Shown here: in pieces, positions 38,301-49,691 of the stretch
Position numbering within the stretch: position 1 is the first letter of the stretch
Layout: the number at the start of each line of letters is the position of its first letter
From: Trichosphaerium sp. ATCC 40318
Taxonomy: Eukaryota; Protista; Tubulinea
Assembly (NCBI GenBank): GCA_038496445.1
Contig: JALMLS010000331.1
Span: forward strand, 1 to 51,925
DNA: 51,925 bases
Direction: 5' to 3'
The notes under the pieces: model-generated
Databases searched by the model: none
What the model saw: the letters and a program-made list of their open reading frames with translations, nothing else
Told to the model about the DNA's origin: nothing
Made by a program: the position numbers and the translations under genes

Positions 38301-40107
38301 ATCGATTGTTATGCGGTTTTACAGTATACTTCGAATATTCTTTTTAGTATTATCGAAGAGTACATTTTTTAACACATCAACCTTGATTGACGTCATTTGA
38401 CCTTCCCTTTTTCGTTCGCTCCTTTTTTTTGCTAAAGGTTTTTGTAGAGTACAAAGTGCGCCTATTATAACAATACAAGACCCTCCTGAAGAGCTTAAAG
38501 CGAACGCGCCACTTTCTAAGCCAGTTGTAGTTGAACCGTCTTCAGAGTCCGAAAAGCGCTCGCAGAAAGCGCACTCCGATGACGAAGTAGCAATGGATAT
38601 TGATGAAGACACTGATCACGGCCGTGATGATAGTTCAATAGTCGACGACGATGATGATTATGACGGTGTAGATGGCACCTTTAGACCTCATGACGAAGAT
38701 GGATGGGAATCTAGCTCAAAGAATGAAATTCCAACACGACGGAAGAACAAAAACAAAAACAGAGACGGTACGTTTACATGTTAGATTAAAACGATTCTAA
38801 ATGAGTAACTTTGCAAACACGTTTACGCGTGATTGATTTTGAACCAAAACGAGTGTTAATTATGTTCTAAGGTTCCTGGGAAGCAAACTACGGTACCAAC
38901 GAGCTCGCAGAAATTGTTGGTACGCAATAGAGCGAAGAATAAAGCAAATCTATCAATTTTGTTTTTTAACTCAGTATTCCAGGCGCAAAACGCTCTGAAG
39001 GTCAACTCCTCATGTATATACGTTTCGAAGGTTTTCCGAACTACAGTTTTGGTAAGTAAACTCTAAAATTCAAAAAAGAAAAAAATGTTTGTTTCGAAAA
39101 AAAAAAACGTGAAGATCACGTGTTGATGTTTTGACAAAATAATTTTAAAGATCTTTCAAAAAAGAAAGTTATTTAGATAGTTTAATTTGTTATCTTATTT
39201 GGTTTTTTTAGTACCTGCAGAAAAAGTTAAGGCTACATACCCGAGGAAAGTAATGGAGTTTTATGAGAGGTACAGAATTCGTCTTTTTTTTTTTTGTTTT
39301 TTTTTGTGGTTATTCTTCTCACTATCATTAGTCGCTTAATATTCAGTAATACCACAAATAATCCGCCGGAGAATGATGAAAAAGTGGAAAACAAGCCACC
39401 ACAAAGCGATGCAATTAAAAATCTGCTTTCCGTATGACTTTTTTTCTTGTATCATAATTTGTTCTTTTTTTTTGATAAGAAAATTGGCTTACCTTATTCT
39501 AGTCCGAACAAATACTTCTTATTCAAGATAGACAAACAAAAGAGCTTCAAGAACACTTTAAAAACCTAGTAGAAACTGCTAAAGCAAGCACTAAAAAGAA
39601 GAAAACACCGTAAGTACATTTCGCTTTTTTTTCCCAATTGTATGTGCACGGATTTTATTCCATAGCATTATTTCATTGTGTTGTTGTTAATTTTTTTTCC
39701 GTAGGAGGAAAAAGAAGCGTGTTGTTTCACAACAAGAATTGAAACGAACACAACAGCAACAAATTGCTCCTTTACAGCACATGATGCATCAAATGCCGCA
39801 ACAACTTGTACAACCACCTATGCAGCAACGTATACCTAGTATGAACCAATTACATGCGATGCAACACCAACAGAATATCCCACAACAACACATAAATCCT
39901 GGCATGCAGGTACGAGCAAGAAATCTACAAAACATTTGTTGTATTTTATAAATCAATTCTCACTTTTTTCACGTTTAGAGGGCTAATAGTAACAACAACA
40001 CAATTAAAACACAAAACTGTTCTCGATGTAATGTAATGCTTCAGTTTCCTGGTTCTGCAAGTCAGATTCAGTGCCCAAAATGCCGACACGTGATGATCAC
40101 AACGTAA
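35336..40107 (+). CDS. Chromatin protein: acidic N-terminus, RRM-like region, ASH2L/PHF1-type PHD + winged helix, chromo-shadow domain, Q-rich tract, LSD1-type zinc finger
   Basis: YACYC..LRCGGCKKFFHQK|CL..PLPGDWNYLFYCRRC..IIVLYNL..FIDKYWNQL (PHD + winged helix). LAEIV|GAKRSEGQLLMYIRFEG..VPAEKVKATYPRKVMEFYESRL (chromo shadow). CSRCNVMLQFPGSASQIQCPKC (zf-LSD1). Confidence 0.8.
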
Positions 40108-40619
40108 TCCATAAAAATGAAAAAAAAAAAACTGAAAAAAAAAAAAGATTTCGTAAATATTTTGGTAAACAATCGATCTTAAACAAAAACCAGTGGTGGA
40201 ATTCTCTATGTATCAGTATACGCTTTTTCAATAAACGTGGTTTGTATAAATTTTCGTCCAGTTCACATAATACAAAACAAGTAGGGTGTAAACAAAAGTC
40301 AGTTTGCTTTTTTATTAAGACACGACTATCTGTTATGTTGGTATTTTTTTTTCTAAAGTCAAGTTGATCCCATAGTTGCTAACATCTTCTCCAATGGAGT
40401 ATCAGTTTACATTTAGTTTTTTGATTGTGATGATGAGTACATTTGTTTCAAGTTTATTGATTGCGACACTCAAACATGTACTCAACCATTAGAGTATCAC
40501 CAATTAATTTTAGAAGTTCTGTATCTTCTGGTGTATATTCCTCGATAGTTTCTTGCTGGTAGGCTGCTAAGCTGTTACGTGATGTAGAACAGAGATATTC
40601 CATGGTATAGTACATCAAG

Positions 40620-40850
40620 AAACTACAATGGTGCACCTTAATACCCTCATCTGTAATTTGGATACAATTTGTAAGGTCGTGGTGCAGCATCTGTAATATG
40701 GCTACACCCATATAAGTTAATGAAGTGTACCCTTCAACGCTTTGATTCCCTCATCTGTGATAGGAACGCGCCGTCGAGTGCTTTAATTCCTTCATCCGTT
40801 ATGGCGACAATAAGCAAGGGTTATACTGTGAACACCACTCAGTGCTTGTA
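40620..40850 (-). pseudogene. Remnant of the same LRR family as 1522-2333
   Basis: Fragments LQALSGVHSITLAYC, ITDEGIKALDG, ITDEGIKALKG, INLYGCSHITDA and DLTNCIQITDEGIK are joined by frameshifts and deletions. Confidence 0.75.
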
Positions 40851-40978
40851 ATATGTATATAGCCTAAGATAAATTTATGTCAATAACAAAGGATCAACTT
40901 GTCTCGTAGTAGACTTTATTCTAAACCATATATTTTATTAAAGGCATTTTTCTAAAGTACATAGGGCGCCTTAATCTT

Positions 40979-42949
40979 TTATTGATTAGCCTTATCGTGA
41001 TATGCAGCTTTTCTGGAGATAGCATAACCACCTCTTCCATGTTTATCACCGCATCCACGTTCTCTACTATGCTTCATACCCTTCATTAGCATCTTTTTAG
41101 TTGCTTTATCTCTATAAGTTGCTTTGTCTTTCATGTCACCACGAATCTCTTCAAGATCTTCTATCATTTCAACACATAATGCATCAGAAGCAGAAATCGA
41201 TTCTTTGACATCTATAAATAAACTAGTAAGTACAAGATTTTCAGCTAAAGGAAACTAGTTTTTTTCAATTTTTCTTAGAAGTGATGAAGATGATACTTAC
41301 GTTTGATTGCTGCATCTACTATGCCTTGTGCTTTCTTTAGGTCGGATTTACCAACGACTTGAGCTTCTGCCATGGCATTAGATGATACGATTCTAAAAGG
41401 GTAAGCGAGAGTTAAACACAAGAGAAAAAAAAAGCGAACCTGTTGATTTGAACATCCATGAAGTAATCTCTTGTTTGTTCCTTTGGTAACTCAGATTTAC
41501 GCTTGACAACAACTTTCTTTTCAATAACAGCATTTACACAAGACATAACGTTAAAGAACTCGGTTTTGTATGTGGCTACAACAAACTCCTCTACAAAACG
41601 GTCAGTTGATGAATTGAAAAAAAAGATCTAATTGATTGATTAAATTGTGTTTTCGTACCTGATTCACCACAAGCAGGAAGCTCAAATTGAGCTACTATAT
41701 TCCTTCGCTCTTCGCTGTACATATCTCCCAAGTCAAGAATGTGTACACCGTCTTTGACTTCAGTCTAAAAGACGAACGTAAGAACAAAGAAAAACATGTT
41801 GTTTCAGCGAAATAACTTTGACTTCCTTGGCCACTCACAGCGAGCAAAAAAAAATATCATTTCGTACCTTGATTTTACCCATTATTTTCTTGACTTTACA
41901 GCCATTCTCAGGTACGATAGACATTTTAATATTCTGTGCGCAGACAGATAATAAACCGCCCAAACAGTCAGCAAAACTTGATGCGATATCATCTGGATTC
42001 TCGACATAGTAGTACATTCCATTTGCAGCTTGTGCGAGTTCCCTATTTTGAAAGAAAAGTCAGAAATCAAGAAGATATTTTCAGTGAAACTACTTTCATA
42101 CCTCAACATTTTTTCGTCGTGGTCATCACCGTAACCAAACGTGAATACTTGAGCATTCATTTGCTCTTCGAGCTTTGTTTTAAGTGCTTTTACAAGTGCA
42201 GGTGATTTAGAGATACCGTGGTTTGCAAGACCATCAGTTAGAAGCCAAACACTTCGTACTTTGTTTTGAACTTTTGTTACTAAAAAAAGACGAAATAAAT
42301 AAACCGTTGGGGCGTCAAGATCTTTTCCTATGGCTGTAGGAGTTTAAAATACGTACCTTTTAGTTCTTCTAAGCCTTTAAAAAGGCCACCGCTTAAATTT
42401 GTACTAGATCCTGCCTTTATTTGGCTGACTTTACGTTTGAGCGTTGTCTAAAGGAACGAGTTGGTTGTGATGTATTTTGTGTTTATTTGAAAGTTAACTC
42501 TAGCGTTAACGGCTGGGGCGATAGCTATAGCTGTGATAATGCGTACCTTGTTGCTTGGAGTCATTTTCGTAAGCTCCATGTCTGTTCTGACGCCAGTGTC
42601 GAAACTAACGACGCCAAACGAATCAGCCTTCGTTAGTTGCGTAGAAACGAAGTTTAACGTTTCTTTAACTAACTTCATTTTCTTTGTGCCCATAGAACCG
42701 CTTCTATCTACTACAGCGCAGATATCCACGTCAGCTCTGGTGTCTTCGGCAAATGTTGGAGCATGTAGAGAGGAGCAAAAATGAGCAGTTGGCACTTCCG
42801 CTGTTGGGAATACATCGTATTCTTTGTGTGTGGCAAGTAAAAAGTCTTTTAGCTCTTCTATTATGATTTTAGATTAAAACAGCTCGTACTTGATTAAACG
42901 TACCAGTAGGTGTCTGATCTTGTTGTTGGATTGATTGTGGTTCAGCCAT
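40979..42949 (-). CDS. von Willebrand factor A domain protein (with Vwaint-like helical C-terminus)
   Basis: MIDAS motif DICAVVDRSGSM, then GSSTNLSGGL, WLLTDGLANHG, VFTFGYGDDHD, GMYYYVE..FADCLGGLLS and LGDMYSEERR. Confidence 0.9.
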
Positions 42950-43580
42950 GGTTGTGTTTGTGTTGTTAGTACGTTTTATGGTTAGTGTCAGCTTATTTTT
43001 TCTGTTTTACTTTCTTTGAAAAAAAAAAGACAGTGCAAACAATTTTCATGTTTTTCTTTTTTTTTGTGCAAGGGTTACAACCGCTATTAGGGAGGGCCGC
43101 CAATCAGAACTTGTGTCTTTCGAGAATCTAGTTTTTGATGGCTTACAGCAGTGGACTCTATTGTTAACAGTCTTTCTCTGAAACAACTTTAACGATCTGA
43201 AGATTGTTCAAACCCATAATACACAATGATGTTCAAATCCTTAATACCAAGTTGAATCTCAACCGAGAGGTATAATAGTTGGCAATCATTGTTAGTAGAT
43301 GGTTCATTTCATGAGTCATAGAGGATACCATTGGGTTTTGTGAGCATCTGAATAAGCAGAACAGCTCATGCAAATAACTTTCCATGTGGCTTACCAATAT
43401 ACTTTTCATTTGTTTCTTGTCCTAATACAAATGACATAGAAGTCTTTAAGTACAAGATAAAACGAACAAACACCTTTACAATAATAGCACGTGATCAAGT
43501 TGCAAACACCGTTGCCTGGCAACTACTGCTCGTCCGTACTGCTAAAGCTCCTTCAGCACTTTGGCGTGCGAGGTCGACCT

Positions 43581-45555
43581 ATCAGGTCTAAAATTCTCGA
43601 GCTGTTTTTATGGTAGATACCATGAATTTGTGGTATAATTATACCATTGATTCCAATTTTATACCACAAATTCCAGTATAATATACCATAAATCAAAGGA
43701 TTTATACCATGAAACAGCCAAATTATACCATAAATATACAGTAGAAAGTGCGAATTTATACCATATTTTTTCACCTGAAAAAATGCATTATATGGTATAA
43801 TTCTACCATAAAACATGGTATAAAACACAGTATAATACCATAAAGCCTGGTATATTATACCTTAAAACTTGGTAGATTATACCACAAAACCAGGTGTATT
43901 ATACTGTGTAAAAACTGTTCTAAAAATAAAAACACATTTATTAATACATCTTTTTTTTGTTTACATCTGTGACTTTTAGTTTTGCCCATGTCCTTTTTTG
44001 CAGTGATCAAATAACCTTAAAAGAACAGATCGTACTTGCTGTAAGTGCATTGAATGGATATAGCATGAAACCTAAAAGAAGAGTTAGCGCCGGCTTGGTT
44101 TCTTGTACACAAAATAAATAGTCGTACAAAAATTGTTGTTTTATGGCAGCGCTGAGAGTAACAAATGACCTGCACGGTGAAGCCAAACCAAAACTAAAAC
44201 AAAGAAATGAAAATAGCTACCAACCTCATCGGAAACGAGTTCTAGCGGAATAGTACCTGGTTGGGCGGCTAACACGTTTTGTTTTTTTTATATCACCTAT
44301 TAAGCCTGTAAAACCTATGGCAAACAGCTTTAAAACAACTACTTTCTAGCGTACCTTGTGTTGTGTGGGCAATAAACTGGTCAAAACTTAGTTTTATGCC
44401 CTGGCTTAGCCAATTAGTTTACAATATCACTCGTAAGGTCAACGCATGGGTGCAGAGCCTAAATGCTATCTGTTCCGGCAAATGCGGGCGTTTGGTAGGA
44501 AAAAAACCAAAAAAATCAAAAAAAATCCAAAAAAAACCAAAAAACTCGAAAAATGGGTAGGCTCTGAAACAACTTTGCCTTATATCACTAATCGCGTGGT
44601 TTAACACACATTGGGGCATATATCAAGAATGTCAAAAAAAAATAAATAATTTTGCTCTTGATTTGGTAAATGAGGCTGTATGGCGTTGATTGAGTGTAAA
44701 AATGCGTATGGAGGGGAGAAAAAAATGAGAGCCGGAGAAAAAAACCTCCAATTGGAGGTTTTTTGCGAATGGGCATTTTTCGAGCGCTAAACGCGTTTTT
44801 GGTGTGTATACCACTGTAGCGTTCTAACATGGGGTACGTGGAGTGGTTTCTTCCTCAAATACCATTAATCGGAGAAAGTTGGCCAATTTATCCCTAAAAC
44901 GCCCGTAATTGGGGCGCATTACCAGATTTCTCTCTTAAAACTGTTTTTCACACATTTATATGCCAATTATGTTCAATAACGGCTACTGTCAAAGCATTGT
45001 GTGGTATGGCGTTTGTGTAGGTCCATATGCTATTAAATCAAGTGCAGACCAAGTGAGCTTTGACTAACTTATACTTATACAGTATAATACCATGGTATAA
45101 TACCACATTTTATGGTATAATTATATGGTATAATGCATGGTATACAATACTGTAAAATACAGTATAATACCATGGTATAATACTGTGTTTTATGGTATAA
45201 TTATATGGTATAATGCATGGTATAATATACTGTAAAATGTGGTATAATACCATGGTATAATACTGTGTTTTATGGTATAATTATATGGTATAATGTGTGG
45301 TATAATATACTTTAAAATGCAGTATAATACCATGGTATAGTACCATGTTTTATGGTATAATTATATTCTATAAATTGAGATATGGTATAAACATGGTATA
45401 ATGGCTGTTATACCATTTGTCCAAAAAACATGGTATTATACCATATTTTATGGTATAATTATATGGTATAATTATGGATTATACTGAGCTTGTACCATAA
45501 AAGGTGATTATACCATAAAATATGGTATTATACCATGATAATTTTCAGACCTGAT
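43581..45555. mobile_element. Non-autonomous foldback-like DNA transposon with terminal inverted repeats and modular subterminal arrays
   Basis: Ends atcaggtct-aaaatt (43581-43595) and aattttcagacctgat (45540-45555) are inverted. The arms (~43608-43910 and ~45080-45540) are built from TGGTATA/TATACCA modules in mirror orientation. Confidence 0.75.
45080..45365. repeat. 80-bp tandem repeat (~3.5 copies) with internal palindromes
   Basis: Units start at 45080, 45160, 45240 and 45320: (c/t)(a/g)gtataataccatggtataatac....ttttatggtataattatatggtataatg.... Confidence 0.9.
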
Positions 45556-45643
45556 GATTGCTACTGTTGGCACTTATCTTTGCGTAGCTTAGCCTAGTTT
45601 AAGTGAATAACAGTCAAGCCACCTGTCGACGTGTTCCACAGCA

Positions 45644-48300
45644 ATGGACTTACAAGCTTCCTATGACTTTGGTAATACTGAAGCTAGTAAACTACAGTGT
45701 TTTCAACGCCTTGTGGATCTGTTTACTAATCTACAATATGATTCCTACGAGACAAAGTATAAATACTCTTTTAAGATAAAACTAACGTAGAATAGTGCAT
45801 CAGAAGAACAAAAGGAGTATTGGATTAACGAAGCCACCAATTTGGCTTTAAAGCACCACAAGGAAGTTATATTGGTATCTAATGAACTACTGGAACGCAG
45901 AAAAACGCTACTGGTCGCCTACTTGCACTGTACGGATAACTGTCAATTTTTCTAAGCTTAACAGCATTAATACCATTTATAGTTAGCGTAAGTTACCTCC
46001 TATGTAAACCGTTAATGGAGGACACTACACTAGACAACTCTATTTTTAAAACCTACGTCGTCAGGTATGTTTCTTTTCAACGAAAAACACAGAACACATG
46101 GTGGATTTACTACTTTCGCTCAGCTGAGCGATGTATTGTATTGACAAACTCATGTGTTTTGGCATGTTTTTGTACAACGGTTTTACATAGATTACGTTGT
46201 AGTCTGTTTTCAATTTTTTGCTTTGCAAACCATTTCAACTTGTTAACTTCTTCGTTTTGTTGATCTGGTTAGGACTCTCCCGTTATTGGAACTGGCACTT
46301 GAGATTGAAGGCTCTTCTATGATAGTAGATGAATACTCTAATGGTGGAAAAGCGATATCAGTTATAATGAGTTGGATTCACAGTATCACGTGGGGTAAAG
46401 ATGTGGCGAATATTATAGCAGAGACAACAATAATGAAGGGTATTTACCCCTATTTATCGTGTACGTCTGAGACAATAAGGCAGTCAGCTTTGAGTGTTTG
46501 TGTATGGCTTTTAGACGGCGATGGGAACGCTGTTATATTCCAAGAGCTAGGAGGAATGGACTTGATTCTTTCATGTGTATCAAACAACACAATAGCAAAA
46601 ACGAATGCCACTGTACGTTGTATAAACGAATCTAATGCTTCCCCGTCATGTGGAGTTAATAATCATGTTCTTAGAGTATAGCGTGGAAGCTTACAATGGT
46701 AGAATTATCGTCTCTAAAGTTGATAAAACACGAGTTATTCTCTAAAACCATCGAATGGATACCTTCAGCAGATACAACCGATGATATTTCCTTTAAAATA
46801 ATCTGTTGTTGCTATCTATCTTGTTTATTGGCGCATGGTGAGACAGATCCAGCCTGTAATGATATACTAAAGAGCAAGGGCGTGGAGGAAAAGTGTTTTG
46901 CACTTGCAAAGAACATTAAGCCTTACTTGAGTCAAAACCATAATATTCTTATTGATTTTTGGGATTTTGCAATTCCTTCTTTGAGGAGCAAGTCTTCAGA
47001 AGCTAATTGTGGTATGTTATCAGTTGTATATTATTGCCTTCAAGATTCATCGCATTCGCATGTTGACTACCCCAAGGTATGTAGCAATACTTGTTTGAAA
47101 ACTGACTTGGTTTTCGGAATTGTTTTTTTATTTGCAGTGTCACGTGCTGTTGGTTAATTACGGTTTCTTTAATCATTATTATTAAATTGATTTGGGGTTT
47201 TTCTTCAAGGCGTATTGTAAGATAATATCACTGACGCTTACCAATCTGTAGATGCTTGAAAGAGATGGAGCTACAGTTCATATAATTAATATTTTGAACA
47301 AAAAACTTCCTTTGAATGATGCAGATGTTTTTGCTGTAGATATGGTTCTTGACATACTACTACTGTATTCAAAATCTAAAAATGTGAGGCATTTTTTGGT
47401 TCAACATGGCATCTTACGGTATGTAATGATCAATTGATAAATCCTTTTGGAAACAAGGTTTTTTCTTACGCGTGTCTGTCTGTTTAACTAAACTACTTCT
47501 TTTTTGTAGGGCTTTAAGCAATTGTACTAGGAAGATTAATATACGTGATTCTATTTTGTGTAATATTATGGAAGATCCTAGTATCTACATACATAGTATG
47601 TTTTCTCACGTGTTCTTTTTTCTTTTTCATTTGCAATGCTGTTTTTTGGCTTTCAAATCAAATTACTGCCTACGGCTGATTTTTGGTTTCCTTGGTTTTT
47701 GTTTTGATTGTGTTCGTTTAGAGGCACCCAAAGGATCTGTTTTGACATTGCTACATACTTGTCAGAACTTTCTAATGAAGAACGCTGATGATGTTCTTGA
47801 CCTTGCAACTTTTAGTCATCATCATAATATGGATATTATGGAAGCTTTCTTTACTGCATCCGCACTTAAGGATGGTTTATCTTCGGATTCAGATGTACTT
47901 AATCAGTCTATAGAATTTAAAAATAGGTTCAAACATCTCAAAGAGATAACGACTAAATCAAACAGTAATTGATTTATTGTTTTTTATGTACAAGTTACAA
48001 TACAAAATATTAATTCATTGTCTCTATTTTATATTAAGAGTGTGTTTTACCCTCTAGTACATACCAATCATCTATTGCCTGTGACAATTACACCTCAGGT
48101 TACAAACTTGTGAGGTGTGGTTCTCCAAAATGAGTGATAGATGGTTTTTTTTCTTGTATTCGTATCTTGTGGTGAATACAACACAATGGTTGTTTGGGAC
48201 CTAGCTTCCGCAGTGAAGAGGTTTACTTATTCCAATGCGGATAGCAGATGCTGGTGGGTTCCGTACAATAGCTCTAAGAACATGATTGCAGCATCACATG
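45644..48300 (+). pseudogene. Helical (ARM/HEAT-like) repeat gene with a WD40-like 3' remnant, damaged at both ends
   Basis: Middle exons splice cleanly (GIYPYLSCTSETIRQSALSVCVWLL..FQELGGMDLILS; FLVQHGILR). The 5' exons join only through an in-frame TAA (45849-45851). The 3' part is FVSCGEYNTMVVWDL (WD40-like), preceded by stops. Confidence 0.45.
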
Positions 48301-48715
48301 ATAAGGGTCTTGTACTTTCATCCTCAAAACTCTAAAAAAACTCCCCAACAAGTTTCTTCATTTCCACAATTTGTTTCTTTTTTTGTAGGGTATGGCTGAC
48401 CATTTGTGCGTGCACATTACACAAAATTAGTAATACAACCAAAAGGTTAATAGCCTACTCATTGGCATCCATTTACAACGCATGCCAAGAACTTGAGTCA
48501 CCTTATACTCGCAAACGCTTAGTACAAATTCAAGATGTTTGACTTGTCGAAGTAACAAAACAGCGTCGCCTTATTAACAGCAACTTAAGATATGTATTAC
48601 TTGTAATCAATGCGATCTTCAATGCATTATGCTGACACCATGCATGTGCCACCATTGAAGACAGTTTACTCCTCAACAATAGTATAAGTAATTGCTTACT
48701 GGAAGCAACATCAAA

Positions 48716-48789
48716 GCCTATGTAGCTCAGTTAGGTAGAGCGTTAGCCTTTTAAGCTAATGGCCGCGGGTTCGAGCCCCGTCATAGGCT
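48716..48789 (+). tRNA. tRNA-Lys(UUU), intronless
   Basis: Cloverleaf: acceptor gcctatg/cataggc, D arm gctc/gagc, anticodon arm ttagc-ctTTTaa-gctaa, T arm gcggg-ttcgagc-cccgt. Confidence 0.92.
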
Positions 48790-49691
48790 TTAACTTTATT
48801 ATTACACCCGTCTTAGCAAGAGTTCCGAATAAAATTCATAAATATGATAAGAATTCTCAGAATATTAGAATGTAGAACTTATTTGATACTCAATTGCTCA
48901 CTTCCAGACGCCGTGCTATTAAACATTTAAATGTTCAAAAACGGATCAAGAATAAACGTTACTTACTGCATCCACTAGCAAATCGTACCTTTGAGGAGAA
49001 ACAACATTTAAGAGATCTCCGCTTAACAGCACGAGTACGCTTCTTTTTCATTAAGCAGTTTTTTCAAAACCAGCATATCACCAGCACTTTTTGTCATCCC
49101 TGGGTCCCTCAAGGCACACACTTTTGGGCACGTGGCTCTTAAAGCAATAAAGGCGACCTCATGGGTTAATACGGCGGTTTGCAACTTGTCAAAATGTCAA
49201 ATGAGCTCCACTTTACTAACGTTAAGTGAAAGCCCAATTTAGTACCAAAAAACAATTTTAAAAGTCATGCTGATGTTGAGTCATTGTGAAACAAAGTAAT
49301 AATAACATTTTGTAATTCTCAGACTAGTACTCGACCATAAAGTGTAGAGAGATACACCTCTGTTTGAAGGGTGGTAGTTACACTTGCATTATTCATTTTG
49401 TTACCGTGGTATCTTGTTTTAAACTCTTCTAACTCGTGCTACATACTCACATCTTAATCATAAACCTTTTTACAATGATTCTTTTGATAGTGATTTGTGG
49501 CACAATAAATACTTGGCAAGGTGAGTACTTGATCGATGCAGCAGTTGTAGCAATATGTACAGTTGTAGACCCAGTGTTGGTTAAAAAAGTGTGGAAACCA
49601 CAAGTCTATTGACACCATGTTCTTATCATCTTAACTTTCACCAGCAAGCTTCATGGTCCGTGTAACCATTGTATTTAGTATTCTATCCTAC

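Noticed and set aside
43600-45540. CRISPR array
   Set aside because: No unique spacers and no cas genes; the context is eukaryotic and the repeats are contiguous modules within inverted arms.
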